From: Candidatus Latescibacterota bacterium
GTDB lineage: Bacteria > Latescibacterota > UBA2968 > UBA8231
Assembly: GCA_965243025.1 (NCBI GenBank)
Contig: CBDETY010000003.1
Coordinates: 992,001 to 1,056,000 of the forward strand
Length of the DNA: 64,000 bases
Direction of reading: 5' to 3'
The notes under the pieces were generated by a model that worked only from the letters and a program-made list of their open reading frames with translations, was not told where the DNA came from and made no database searches. Made by a program: the position numbers and the translations under genes. Each line of letters begins with the position of its first letter. Position 1 is the stretch's first letter. Below are positions 1 to 11,800 of the stretch, one piece after another.

Positions 1-93
1 AACGGATCTCCGTGATTCGGGGGTAAACTCCGAAATACCGGAGCCCCGATATTTCGGACCGCCGGATCCACTATTCCGTGCCCTGTTTGCCGG

Positions 94-1371
94 ATGAGCG
101 AATATCGCAGGACCGTCAACGCCTGGTGCCTCTACGACTGGGGCAACTCCGCCTTTGCCACCACCATCCTGGCCGGGGTCTTCCCCCTCTTCTACCGGTC
201 GATGGCGACCCAGGCCGGCCTCGGCGAATCGAACGCCACCGCGGCCTGGGCATACACCACCTCAATCGCCCTGCTCATTGTCGCCGTCATCGGGCCTCCC
301 CTCGGATCGCTCTGCGACCAGACCGCCAGCAAGAAGCGGTTCCTCGCCTTCTTCGCCGGCCTCGGGGTCTGCGCGTCGGCCCTGTTCGTCCTCCTCGGCG
401 ACGACAGCTACCTGACCGGGTCCGTCCTCTTCATCGCCGGCAACATCGGGTTCGCTTCCGCCAACATATTCTACGAGTCGCTGCTGCCGCACGTGGCTCG
501 CCCCGGCGACGTCGACCGCGTCTCGACGCGCGGGTACGCCATGGGGTACATCGGCGGCGGCCTCCTGCTGGTCGTCAACCTGCTCTGGATCATGCACCCG
601 GACTGGTTCCTGCTGCCCGGCACCGGGTTCGCGCTGCGCCTGACCTTCTTCAGCGTCGCCTTATGGTGGGCGGCCTTCACCGTTCCCCTGCTGCGCCGCG
701 TCGAGGAGCCGCCGGGGCCCACCGCTCCCGGGGCCGGGGTCGGGCAGGCGGTGGCCGCCGCCTTCCGGCGGCTGGTCAGCACCTTCCGCCAGGTGCGGCG
801 CTACCGCCAGTTGCTGGTGTTCCTGGCCGCCTTCTGGCTCTACAACGACGGCATCGGCACGATAGCCCGAATGGCGGTCGTGTACGGGGACGAGGTCGGC
901 ATCGGCCGCAACGATCTGATCACGGCGCTGGTCCTGACCCAGATGATCGGCGTCCCCTGTACCTTCGGGTTCGGCCGGCTGGCGCGGGTCCTGGGGACCA
1001 AGCGCTCGATCCTGCTGGGGCTGGGGGTGTACGGGCTGATCTCGGTGGGGGGCTATTTCATGCAGACCGCCCTCCACTTCTACATCCTGGCGGGGCTGGT
1101 CGGTATGGTGCTGGGGGGCACGCAGGCGCTGAGCCGTTCGCTCTACGCCTCGATGATTCCGCCGGCGAGGTCGGCGGAGTTCTTCGGCTTCTACAGCACC
1201 AGCTCCCGTTTCGCCGGCATCTTCGGCCCATTGGTTTTCGGGGTGGTCGGGCAGGTGACCGGCGGCAGCCGCCTCGGCATCGTGGCCCTCGTCTTCTTCT
1301 TCCTTGCCGGCGGGGCTCTGCTGCTTCTCGTCGACGAGAGGGAAGGCCGGGCCGCCGCCGCGAAAGAATGA
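94..1371 (+). CDS. MFS transporter, UMF1/Atg22-like family
   Basis: 425 aa with about 12 hydrophobic segments; N-terminal AWCLYDWGNSAF, ANIFYESLLP and QALSRS...SAEFFGFY motifs typical of UMF1-type MFS. Confidence 0.85.
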   Translation: MSEYRRTVNAWCLYDWGNSAFATTILAGVFPLFYRSMATQAGLGESNATAAWAYTTSIALLIVAVIGPPLGSLCDQTASKKRFLAFFAGLGVCASALFVLLGDDSYLTGSVLFIAGNIGFASANIFYESLLPHVARPGDVDRVSTRGYAMGYIGGGLLLVVNLLWIMHPDWFLLPGTGFALRLTFFSVALWWAAFTVPLLRRVEEPPGPTAPGAGVGQAVAAAFRRLVSTFRQVRRYRQLLVFLAAFWLYNDGIGTIARMAVVYGDEVGIGRNDLITALVLTQMIGVPCTFGFGRLARVLGTKRSILLGLGVYGLISVGGYFMQTALHFYILAGLVGMVLGGTQALSRSLYASMIPPARSAEFFGFYSTSSRFAGIFGPLVFGVVGQVTGGSRLGIVALVFFFLAGGALLLLVDEREGRAAAAKE

Positions 1372-2062
1372 ATCACGCGGCGTTAGCCGAAGCGCGGGAC
1401 CGCGCCTCGGGCTGCCAGCTCGCCCGTGCCGCAGGGGCAGATTCCCAGAATCGGGTACTGCGTCAGTCTGGATTTTTTGCCAACCCTGGGTGCCTTCTTC
1501 CCACGGTTGGAGTGGGTCACTTGGTTGCCTCCGAAGATGGCGGCGCCGCGCTCCAGGAACTGCCGCGTCCTCGACGTATCCGCGGAGGGTGTGCTTGAGG
1601 TCTCCCTGCGCCCCAGACCTTGCCGAGGAAGAGTAGGACAAGGAAGCGGACAGGCGGGGGGAACGGTCTGGTTTTACCTGAATGACCCATTTGGACTCCA
1701 ACGCAGAAAGGTGAGCCTGCGTGCCCAAACGCCCTCGCCTGACTCCCGTACGGGCTGGCCGAAGGGGGCGTAAAACAGCAAGAAGACCGCAAAACCCACC
1801 GAGCCGGGACTGGTCAAGATCAAAGCGGCCTTCTCGGGTTCGTTTCGGGATCGGAAACGGACGGAGAATCCCGGGAAAGGCTCTTGAATTCCGCGTCGTA
1901 CTCCCCATCGACAACCGGAAGCTCAGGTGCCTGGCGAAAGCCCCTCCTGAAAAAAACTGGATGACGAAATTCAGAAAAACTGAAAAAAATCGGGCCATTG
2001 GAGGGGTGATATTTTGGTGGCCACCGAAAGTATTATCCCTCTCCTTGGCGGATGCCCTCGCT

Positions 2063-2749
2063 TTAGCTCCAGTTTACGAATACCAGGTTTTCGAGGTCGT
2101 CTACGGTGACCTCGATCCCGGTCGGCTCCACCGGTTCAAAGCCCTCATGGTACTCGTCCGGGATTTCGATTCCCCTGCCCACTGAATAGCCCGTCGGGAA
2201 GTCATGCACCCAGTGCATGTCCTCGCCCGAATAGCCGCCCTCGTAGTAGATGACGTTGTGCCGGGTGGCCCCTCCTATGAATCCGCTTCCGTAATCGAAA
2301 TCCAGCGGGACGAAACCCTCTTCCAGGGAAGCAGAGCTGTCCAAAACCACGATATACGCAACTCCCAGGGTGCCCCGGTTGAGCACGTCGTCGGGCGGGG
2401 TTGGTAGCGGCAGCTCGAAGGTCATGTCCGCCAGGTTGGGCTCGGTTTCGCCCCAGAGGTAGTTACGGTCCGGGTCCCCGCCTACGGACCACAAGAGCAC
2501 CACCCGGATACCAGGGGGAAGACGGATGTCGGTGTTGTTCGTGATAATGCCCGTAACCACAAACGGAACCATCATTGTGTCTACCGCAAGTTCCTGTGCC
2601 ACTGCCTCCGCCAGGCCAGCCACCGGCTCGCTGCGCGTGATACTGCTGCTCACGCGCTTGCCGGCTGGTTCGGCCGGAGATACCGGATCTTCCTTGCTAC
2701 AGGCCAGCAGGACCCACGGCAGGACATACAGGACGTATATCATCTCCAT
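2063..2749 (-). CDS. Putative lipoprotein of unknown function
   Basis: Hydrophobic N-terminus ending in lipobox LLAC followed by SKEDP; acidic globular remainder. Confidence 0.65.
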   Translation of the reverse strand: MEMIYVLYVLPWVLLACSKEDPVSPAEPAGKRVSSSITRSEPVAGLAEAVAQELAVDTMMVPFVVTGIITNNTDIRLPPGIRVVLLWSVGGDPDRNYLWGETEPNLADMTFELPLPTPPDDVLNRGTLGVAYIVVLDSSASLEEGFVPLDFDYGSGFIGGATRHNVIYYEGGYSGEDMHWVHDFPTGYSVGRGIEIPDEYHEGFEPVEPTGIEVTVDDLENLVFVNWS

Positions 2750-3199
2750 CTTCCTTCATGATTCAATCTCAAGACTCTGGGTCCCTCGATTAGCAGACCG
2801 GTCGCCTCCCTCCGTGGAAACAGTAGGCGACTCCCCCCCGGGGGAGAAAAACCAATATCGAGTTCAGGAGGTTCCTGGAGGAGCAGGGCACCGTGATGAT
2901 TGAGGCATCGCCTCAATCCATTGAGAGACCACCATTAAAGATGCGGCAAGGTGTCTGCTCCCCACAGTTGGACGATTAACTTCAGACCCCAGTTCCCAGC
3001 AGCAAGGAGGGGATTCGGGGGTCGAGACCTCCGGTGCTTGATCCAGCGTCCCCGGGTGGTTTCAGTCCGAAAAGATGTTCAGAAAATGCGCGTCTGAGGT
3101 GCCGGCTGCGCTTGCCAGAAAGGCATAACCGCCAAGCGTAACAACGAGGTCGCGGAGGTAATCCCGCAAAGCCTTGGGCAGATCCCATTCCTCGGTGTC

Positions 3200-3560
3200 G
3201 CGCCGTTATCTGGAAGGGCGTGGAGGTCGTCCCCAGGAAGGTGAGGGACCTGATGGGGTAGTGCCAACCGCCACTGGCCAGGGTCTGACCATCCGGGGAG
3301 AACGACACCGACGTGAGGACAAAGTCCCCATTGCCTCGGAGCAAGCGAATTCGGACAGGGTGCGGGCGTTGTATACCCAGACGCCTATGCCCGCCACCGC
3401 CAGCCGCGTGCCGTCTGGGGACCAGGCTACCCCTCGGTCGCCATGCCGATTCCCCCTTTGCCCAGGCGGGCGAGGGAGCCTTCGGGTAAAGGGGGTATCT
3501 TCTGGGTAAAACTGTCCTACGTCATCAGGACGTCGCCCAACAACAAGGCCATGAGGATCA
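3200..3560 (-). pseudogene. Frameshifted N-terminal fragment of a WD40-repeat protein
   Basis: Across frames reads LPEGSLARLGKGGIG..DRGVAWSPDGTRLAVAGIGVWVYNA..SVSFSPDGQTLASGG, matching the ARLGKG.IG.GDRAVA.SPDG..LAVAS.IGVWLY block of the 8805-14051 protein. Confidence 0.65.
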
Positions 3561-3800
3561 CCGAACGCTTTTTGGTGCGTTGCTGAGCGGATGCAACCCG
3601 CTTGCGAACAGCGTGGGGACTCCGCCCAGGAAACCGGCTGCGACCGGAAAGAGCCGGGTTTAAATTATATTCTCCTCTATGAGTGATAAACTGGTGGAAA
3701 TAAGGGCCATTTCAGCGGGTATCTTGATGGAAAATGGTGGAAAATGGACATTTCGGCCGATTTTGGCTTGAAATCAAGCTTGGACCCGGAGGAGGAGAAG

Positions 3801-6191
3801 ATGAAAGCCGCTGCGGAGATGGAACGAGACAACGAGGCCCTGCGGGAGCGCCTGACCCGGTTGAGCCAGGCCAGCCTGCGCATCAACGAGAGCCTCGATT
3901 TCAACACCGTGCTGCAGGGAGTCCTGGACTCGGCCCGGTCGCTGACGGGAGCCCGTTACGGGGTGATGACCCTCCTCGACGATTCGGAGTTTCCCCGGGA
4001 CTTCCTCTCCTCCGGGATGACGGCCGAAGAGGACCGGCGGCTCTGGGACCTGCCCGATGGGGTGCGGGTCTACGAGTACCTCGGCAACCTTCCCTCCCCC
4101 CTCCGGCTCCCGGACCTGCTCGGTCACCTCCGGTCCCAAGGCCTTCCCGAGCTTCGGCCGCCCTTGCCGGTGGGGCCCATCGTCTGCTTCCTGGCGGCTC
4201 CGGTGTTCCACCGGAACGAGCGGGCAGGAAACCTCTACCTGGCCGGCAAGGAGACCGGGGAGGAGTTCACCCGGGAAGACGAGGAGACCCTGGTCCTGTT
4301 CGCCTCCCAGGCCGCCCTGGTGATCGCCAACGCCCGCAAGTACCGGGACGAGCAGCGGGCCCGGGCCGACCTGGAGACCCTGGTCCACACTTCCCCGGTG
4401 GGGGTGGTGGTCTTCGACGCGAGGACGGGAGCGCCCAAATCCCTCAACCGCGAGGCGAAGAGGATCGTCGATTCCTTGCGGAGTGCGGACCAGTCACCGG
4501 AGGATCTGCTCCGGATCCTTACCTTCCGGCGCGGCGACGGGCGGGAGTTCTCCCTGAAAGAGTTTCCCATGACCCAGGCGTTGAGTGTCGGGGAGACGGT
4601 GCGCGCCGAGGAGATCGTCATGCAGGTGCCCGGCGGAGAGTCGGTCACCACCCTGGTCAATGCCACGCCCATCCTCTCGCAAGAAGGGGAAATCGTCTCC
4701 TATGTCGTGACCCTGCAGGATCTGGCCCCGCTGGAGGAGCAGGAGCGGCTGCGGGCCGAGTTCCTCGCCATGGTCAGCCACGAGCTGCGCGTTCCCCTGA
4801 CCTCCATCAAGGGTTCGGCCGCCACCGTGCTGGACGACCCGTCCGTGCTGAACGCCGCCGGCATGGTCCTTCAGTACTTCCGCATCATCAATCAGCAGGC
4901 CGACCACATGAGCGGGCTGATAAACGACCTGCTGGACGTTGCCCACATGGAGACCGGCACCTTGCTGGTCAACCCCGAACCGACGTCCGTGACCGGCCTG
5001 TTGGACCAGGCCCGCACCAGCTTCGGGAGCAGCGGGGAAGCCGACAACCTGCGGATCGAACTGCCCCCCGATCTTCCTCCCGTAATGGCGGACCGGCTGC
5101 GCATCCTCCAGGTCCTGGGCAACCTGCTGTCCAACGCCGCCCGCCACGCCCCCGGGACAACACCCATCCGGGTTTCGGCGGTGCGGGAGGAGGTCCACGT
5201 GGCGGTCACGGTTTCCGACCGGGGCCGGGGAGTGCCTGCCGAGCAGCTGCCTCACCTGTTCCGGAAGTTCCCCCGCCTCGAGCCACCCGACCGGGAGGAG
5301 GGTAATTGGGGGGGTGGCCTGGGGCTGGCCATCTGTCGGGGCATCGTGGAAGCCCACGGAGGCCGCATCCGGGCGGAAAGCGGCGGCGTGGGCCGGGGAA
5401 CCCGCATCACCTTCACCCTCCCCATCGCCGAGGAGACCGGAATGGCGGTTTCGGCGGAACCGGTTCCGACCTCCCGCCGACAGCGGAAGCGCGGAGGGAA
5501 GGGGCCCCGGATTCTGGTGGTGGACGACGATCCGGAGACCCTGCGCACGGTGCGCGACGCCCTCTTCAAAGCCGGCTGCCTGTCGATGGCAACCGGCGAC
5601 CCGAAGGAGGTGTCCGGCCTCATGGAGGAGCACCGCCCCCACCTGGTGCTGCTCGACCTCGTGCTGCCGGGGGTCGACGGAATCGAGCTGATGCAGAAGC
5701 TCTTCGAAAAAGCCCGGGTGCCGGTCATCTTCCTTTCCGCCTACGGCCAGGAAGAAGTGATTGCCCGGGCCCTGGACGCAGGGGCAGCCGACTACGTGGT
5801 CAAGCCCTTTTCGCCGACCGAACTGACCGCGAGAATCCGGGCCGTCCTGCGCCGACGGGCCGCAACCGGCCGGCCCGAACCAACCGAACCGTGCGTGCTC
5901 GGGGAGTTGACCGTCGACTACGCCCGGCGGAGGGTGACGGTGGCCGCACGCCGGGTGCCGTTGACCGACACCGAGTACCGGCTGCTGGTGGAGCTCTCCA
6001 TCGATCCGGGAACGCCGGTGACCTACGACGAGCTGCTGCACCGCATCTGGGGCCTGGAGGCCTCCTCGGACCGGCGGACCTTGCGCTCGACCGTCAAGAG
6101 CATCCGCCGCAAGCTGGGAGACGAAGCCAGGAACCCCACCTACCTCTTCAACGAGTCCAAGGTCGGGTATCGCCTGGGGAGGGCCGAGTAA
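3801..6191 (+). CDS. Soluble hybrid sensor kinase/response regulator: GAF-PAS-HisKA-HATPase-REC-OmpR/KdpE-type wHTH
   Basis: H-box VSHELRVPLTSIKG, N-box LGNLLSNA, G1 DRGRG, G2 GGGLGLAI; REC ILVVDDD/LLDLVLPGVDG/KPF; wHTH LTDTEYRLL..IRRKLGD..NPTYLFNE..VGYRL. The ORF opens at 3744; ATG 3801 has a GGAGG RBS. Confidence 0.9.
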   Translation: MKAAAEMERDNEALRERLTRLSQASLRINESLDFNTVLQGVLDSARSLTGARYGVMTLLDDSEFPRDFLSSGMTAEEDRRLWDLPDGVRVYEYLGNLPSPLRLPDLLGHLRSQGLPELRPPLPVGPIVCFLAAPVFHRNERAGNLYLAGKETGEEFTREDEETLVLFASQAALVIANARKYRDEQRARADLETLVHTSPVGVVVFDARTGAPKSLNREAKRIVDSLRSADQSPEDLLRILTFRRGDGREFSLKEFPMTQALSVGETVRAEEIVMQVPGGESVTTLVNATPILSQEGEIVSYVVTLQDLAPLEEQERLRAEFLAMVSHELRVPLTSIKGSAATVLDDPSVLNAAGMVLQYFRIINQQADHMSGLINDLLDVAHMETGTLLVNPEPTSVTGLLDQARTSFGSSGEADNLRIELPPDLPPVMADRLRILQVLGNLLSNAARHAPGTTPIRVSAVREEVHVAVTVSDRGRGVPAEQLPHLFRKFPRLEPPDREEGNWGGGLGLAICRGIVEAHGGRIRAESGGVGRGTRITFTLPIAEETGMAVSAEPVPTSRRQRKRGGKGPRILVVDDDPETLRTVRDALFKAGCLSMATGDPKEVSGLMEEHRPHLVLLDLVLPGVDGIELMQKLFEKARVPVIFLSAYGQEEVIARALDAGAADYVVKPFSPTELTARIRAVLRRRAATGRPEPTEPCVLGELTVDYARRRVTVAARRVPLTDTEYRLLVELSIDPGTPVTYDELLHRIWGLEASSDRRTLRSTVKSIRRKLGDEARNPTYLFNESKVGYRLGRAE

Positions 6192-6299
6192 AGGGCTCAC
6201 AACCAAGCCCCGGGACAAGGGGGAAGCAAGGGAGAAAAACGTGGCCTGAACAACTACCCCGAGTAGGGGGCGGGTGTCAGCCTTGGGGGAAAAAAAATG

Positions 6300-6960
6300 A
6301 GAGAAAATGCAGAGAAACGGACATCCTCTGTCCCACTATTTAGCCGGGAGATGGGGGATGTCGACTGGCTGGCCATTTCACGTGATTGCGTGCGGGATCG
6401 GAAACTTGCCAGATTGGCACCAATATCGAGAAAGGCCACCGCTCTGGTCGAGGTGGAAATCAGGCCTCCTGCCCTGATCTGATGTCGGCGACTCGCAGCG
6501 GCATATCATGGCCTTCCCAAAGTCAGGCAGTCTGCATCCTGCGATCTACCGGGACTCGCAGGTACCTCCCCCCTGAAGTCGGCACCCTGGATCAGAAGGC
6601 CGGGTTCTGATGGAGGAGAGGATGTGCGAATTCCCCTGAGTTTCGCAAAGCCGTCGTCGCAGAGGTGAGCAGGATCATTTCGTTTGGTCGATAAGGTGGC
6701 AAGGCCGGCTGTATCTCTGTATCTCATTCCTGGATCGAAACCCACTCTGATCGAGGAGGGAACCGGGACTCCTGCCTGATCTGAGTCGGCGACTCGCTAC
6801 GACAAATTATTCCATTCCCAAAGTCAGCCAATCCGCATCCTGCGATGTGGTATGCGCGGGCGGAATCATAGACCGGGAGACCGGGCGGGGCGGTAAAGGC
6901 TGAAGGAGCCGGGCAAGAGGGTCGAACCCGGGGTGGAGACAACAAGAGGAAGCCTCCTCC
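6300..6960. repeat. Modular non-coding repeat array, copy 1 (homologous to 14260-14830)
   Basis: Shares GGGGATGTCGACTGGCTGGCCATTTCAC, TGCCAGATTGGCACC, CAAAGTCAGGCAGTCTG, ATCATTTCGTTTGGTCG and TCTGATCGAGGAGGGA with 14.3-14.8 kb; internal duplication 6470-6545 vs 6770-6845. Confidence 0.75.
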
Positions 6961-7119
6961 GTCCATTTTCCTGGCTCAGAACCTGCGGTCTGTGCCCAGG
7001 GTATCCCGAAAGCTGGCGAACCGGCAGGTGGTGAGTGCTCCCTGGCACGGTCTGTGCGGAACTACGCTGCGAAAGGGGGTAGGTAGCGGGTAGCGGGGTG
7101 TCCGCCATCCACAGAGGAG

Positions 7120-7530
7120 GTGAAGGCAGACGGAGAGCCTGGGTCTTCGGCTGACCTTCGTCACGTCACCGGACCCCGACGGTACGTCAGGCCCCCCATC
7201 CGTGGCAGGGGAAGGAGGCTATCCCCTGGAAGGTTTGTTCCCGGCAATCGGGGGGAACGGTGGGCGCTACGAGGTCGAGACGGAGAAAACGCGGTTATCG
7301 AGAAGACCCTGAGCCGACGCTTCGAAGGGCGGAGGCCGGCTACGTCGGTGTTATCCTGGAGATTCAGTAACAGAACGTGGAGGTAGGGGGTGCGGAAAAA
7401 ATGGGGATCCTGTGGCGAGGGTATCCGCAAGCCGGCGGAACTTCCGCAAGGATCGACCTGATGGCTTTGTTTCTCGACGGCAAGGGCTTCGCGGACGAGG
7501 AGATCCTTCATCCCTTGGTGAAATGCTCAC
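7120..7530 (+). pseudogene. Degraded IS256-like transposase remnant
   Basis: DLMALFLDGKGFADEE resembles the IS256 first catalytic-Asp motif (..ALFLDGK.F); homologous DNA at 7980-8110 and, inverted, at 43440-43600. Confidence 0.45.
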
Positions 7531-7979
7531 CGATCAGGGCTGAAACATGGACGGCATGACCCCGCTCCAGGCGAGTAAAACGGCCAGCACAAATAGCGCT
7601 CAGCGGTCAAATCCAAAGCGCGGTTTCTGGAGTACCATTCCCACGCCGCGGAAACCCGAGAATCATCTCAAACCGGATGAGACCCGAAACCATAGCGGAA
7701 ATTAGCCCGTCAACCGGTTCGAAAAATGGGGCTCAAATCCAGTAGTAAGATGAATCAATGCACGGGAATGCATTATGAATAATGTGAAAAAACCTACTTG
7801 ATGGGATCCTTGTTACATTCGCCTCTCCCGATAATGCCGTCAACGAGACCGCGAATCTGATCCAGGGTGAATGGCACAGGGATCTTTCTCGTTGCATTGC
7901 ACCCTTGCGAAAATCCCCACGGCGGATCGGAGGCCCCCGGCTCTGATCGAGGAGGGATTTCAGTCCGGGATCGGGTTCC

Positions 7980-8110
7980 TGGGCGATTCAGGAACTGGGG
8001 TGTCGAGGGTGCTGCTGAGGGATACACCGGGGTGGGACGCGGTTGCCCTGTTCTTCGACGGCAAGAGCTTCGCCGAGGAGGAGACCCCTTCATCCCCTTG
8101 GTTGCGAGCA
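7980..8110 (+). pseudogene. Second degraded IS256-like remnant
   Basis: Translates WDAVALFFDGKSFAEEE; DNA similar to 7450-7520. Confidence 0.4.
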
Positions 8111-8259
8111 GGCCGTTCGAGCGGTCTGCCTCCGCTTCTTCCCTGGCATGGTCTTTGCCGAAACCGTTGCTTGGTGAAGAGAGGCAGGTTCCATCGGAGG
8201 ATTCCCCGGTTTCCCGGCTGGAACTTCATCCGGTCATATGCGCACATGTCAAGGGACGG

Positions 8260-8750
8260 GAGGCGTCGGCAAGCAGAAACGTCGGAGAAGCCAGTCTCGC
8301 CGTCGCCGTCGAGGTCGGGGGTCGCCTTGGCGGTTGCGGTGAAGGTCACGGGACCGAGGCCGGCCACGGTCGCCACCACGGTGACGGTCTCCGGTTCGCG
8401 CCCCAGGGTCAGGGTGGTAAGGGCCCTGCCGTCAGCAGCGGTGGTCACCGTGGCTGCCGACAGGGTCCCGTCGCCGGAGGTGATTTCGAAGTGACGGTGG
8501 CCCCGGATACATGGCCCCGTTCTGGTCCGGCACCAAGACGACAAACGGCTGGCCCAACGCGGAACCGGCCGGCCCCTGCTGCTCGTCCCCCGGAGATGAT
8601 CTCCAGGGCGAGTGGGCGGAGCTCAGTCAACTCGGCCACGTCCCACAACAGAATCGTACCATCCCCTGATCCGGAAGCAAGGGTGGCGCCATCGGGCGAA
8701 AGCGATACCGAAAGGATCCCAGACATTTGGCCTTCAAGGGTGGCGATAGG
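8260..8750 (-). pseudogene. Collapsed paralogue of the adjacent WD40/Big-1/EF-hand gene
   Basis: Fragments SLSPDGATLASGSGDGTILLWD, PLALEIISG, FEITSGDGTLSAATVTT..GRA.TTLTLG.EPETVTVVATVAG and DLDGDGETGFSD; 8330-8500 is highly similar to 9290-9470. Confidence 0.75.
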
Positions 8751-8804
8751 AGCACTGGAAATTTGGCCAAATAAAGGGGGGTTGGGCGGGGTGAGAAAAT
8801 AGAG

Positions 8805-11800
8805 CTACCTCAGCAGGGTGAGCTTGCGCGTCTGAACGTTCTCGTTTGTAACCAGCCGGTAGAGATAGACCCCGCTGGCAAGGGGGCGACCCCGGTCGTC
8901 GCGGCCATTCCAGTGCACGCGGTGGACGCCGGCCTTCTTCGGGCCCTGATGCAAGACCGCCACCCGCTGCCCGGTCAGGGCAAACACCTCCACCCGTGCC
9001 GTTCCCGGCCGCAGCAGAAACCAGGAAATCACGGTCTGGCTGTTGAACGGATTGGGGGCGTTCTGCTGCAGCTGGGGGCCGTCGGGCAGTCCGATCCTCT
9101 CCCGGGCCAGGGCCAGGAGCTTGCCGCGGGCAGGATCTTCGAAGTAGTCGGCCAGGAGGAAAAAGTCGGCGAAGTCGACGCTGCCGCTGCCGTCGAGGTC
9201 GAAGCGGGGGTCACTGCTTCCGAAGGCGTCTGCGAAGAGGAAGAAGTCGGAGAAACCGGTCTCGCCGTCTCCGTCGAAGTCGGGGGAGGCCTTGGTGGTA
9301 GCGGTGAAAGTCACCGGCTCGATGCCGGCCACAGTCGCCACCACAGTTACCGTCTCCGGTTCGCTCCCCAAGGTCAGGGTGGTGACGGCACGGCCATCGA
9401 CATCGGTGGTGACGGTGGCTGCCGACAGGGTTCCATCTCCAGAGGTGATTTCGAAAGTGACGGTTGCCCCGGGATACCCCGCCCCGTTCTGATCGAGCAC
9501 CGAGACAACGAACGGACCTGCCAACGCGGCCCCAACCGAACCCTGCTGATTGTTTCCAGAGATCCTGGTCAAGGTCGTAGGAATCGCCAGTCCGGTGACG
9601 CTGAAGATCACCGGGGTCAGGTCACCGACCTTTGCGATGACGGTGTTTCTCCCGGGATCGCTGCCCAGGGTCAGGGTGGTGGCCGCGTGACCGTTGGCAT
9701 CGGTGGTGGCGGTGGTTGCAGACAGCGTCCCCCCGCCAGCGGTGACCGCGAAAGTGACCGTGGCTCCGGCCATGAGGTCCCCGTTCTGGTCCCTTACAAG
9801 GACGACAAGCGGTTTCGCCAACGAGCCGGCCGGCACTTGTTGCTCGAGCCCGGAGACCTTGGTCAGGGTTTGGGGATGAGGTTGCAGAAGCGACAAATCC
9901 CACAGCAGCATGGTGCCGTCCCTCGCCCCGGAGACCAAGGTGGCCCCGTCACGCGTGAACGCCAGGCTGTGAACCGAACCCGTATGTCCTGTCAAGGTGG
10001 CGGACCTTGTCTTCGTCCCCACGTCCCAAAGGGTGACCGGGCCCCTGGATCCCGAAACCAGGCTCTTGCCATCGGGCGAGAATGCCACCGAATACACCGT
10101 ATTCCCCTGCTGCAGAGTGGTGCTGGAGGTTCGGGTCGCCACGTCCCACAGCCGGACCCCGTCTGAACCCGAGGCGAGGGTCTTCCCATCCGGGGAAAAG
10201 GCGACGGTGTTGACCTCCCACTCGTGCCCTTCCAGGGTGCCGATCAACTCCCGATTGCCCACGTCCCAGAGCTTCACCGTCTTGTCTTCAGATCCCCCTC
10301 CCGAGGCCAGGAGGGCGCCGTCGGGTCGAGAGAACGCCACCGATTCGACCGACTTCGTATGTCCTTCGAGGATGCCGGTCTCTCGCCGAGTCGCCACGTC
10401 CCAGAGTCTGACCGTGCCATCATCCCACCCTCCGGCCGAAGCCAGGGTGGCGCCGTCGGGGGAGAACGACATCGAAGTGACTCCACCCCTGTGCCCTTCC
10501 AGGGTCTCCACCAGGGTTCCGGTCCCCACGTCCCACAGCTTGACCGTGGCATCCCACGACCCGGAAGCCAGGAGGGCGCCCTCGGCAAAAAACGACAGGG
10601 AAGTGACCCGGATCTCATGCCCCTCAAGGGGGGCCAACCGTGTCCGCGTCGCCGCATCCCACAGCCTGACCTTGCCCTCCTCGGACCCGGAAGCCAGCAA
10701 AGAACCGTCCGGCGAGAGCGTCATGGACAACATGGACCCGTGACCCGAGAGCCCGGCGGCATTGCCCGTCTCCACGTCCCGCAGCAGCACCGTGCCGTCG
10801 GCAGCGGCCGATACGAGGGTGGCCCCATCGCGAGAAAACGTCACCGAATGGACCGGACCCTCATGCTCTTCCAGGGTGGCCATCTCCTCGTGTGCAGACA
10901 CGTCCCACAGCCGGACCGTGCGGTCATTCGAGCCGGAAGCCAGGGTGGCTCCGTCGGGCCAAGAGAACGAAACCGACCGCACCTCCCTGTCATGGCCCCT
11001 CAGCGTGGCGACCTCTGCCTGGGTAGCAGCGTCCCACAGCCGGACCGTGGGATCCTCCCTCCCCCCGGCCGAAGCCAGGAGGCTTCCGTCGGGCGAGTAC
11101 GACACCGAAATGACCCAATGGGTATGCCCTTCCAGCGTGACCACCTCCGTTTGACTCGCCACGTCCCATAGCCGGACCGTGCCGTCCTGAAACCCCGCTG
11201 CAAGCCTGCTCCCGTCCGGAGAGAACGCCACCGACTGACCAGCACCAGACCAGTGGACGTCTGTGGGCACCTTCCAGGTGCCGGCCAAACCTCTGGTCTC
11301 TACATTCCACAGCTTGATTTCCTGCCTCCAACGGGAAGCCAGTCTCGTCCCGTCCGGAGAGAAGGCTACCGTAAGCCCGCTCCAGCCCCCATGCCTGAGC
11401 GTGCCGATCCGCTCCCCGGTCTCCACCTCCCACAGCTCGACTTGGCCATTGTCCAGTCCCGCGGCCAGGGTGCCCTGGAGTGAAAACGACACCGAATGGA
11501 CCGGTCTTTCCGTCGCCAGCAGCGCCAGAGCACGGGACGTGGCCGCCTCGTACAGCCACACGCCGATGGCGCTGGCCACAGCCAGACAGCGGCCGTCCGG
11601 GGAAAGGGCCACCGCCCGGTCTCCTTCACCGATAACCCCCTTTCCCAGGCGCGCGGCCGCCGTTTCGGGCAGATGCCAGGTCCGGTAGTCCCCTCCCAAC
11701 TCCGCCACGGCGGTGCCTACGCCGTCCGCGGCAAACCTCGCCAGCTCGCGCCCGCCGAGGGACACGCCCACGATGTTCCGCCCCGGTTGGGGACCCAGGG

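Noticed and set aside
1372-2060. Short ORFs downstream of the MFS gene
   Set aside because: No recognisable motifs or convincing RBS
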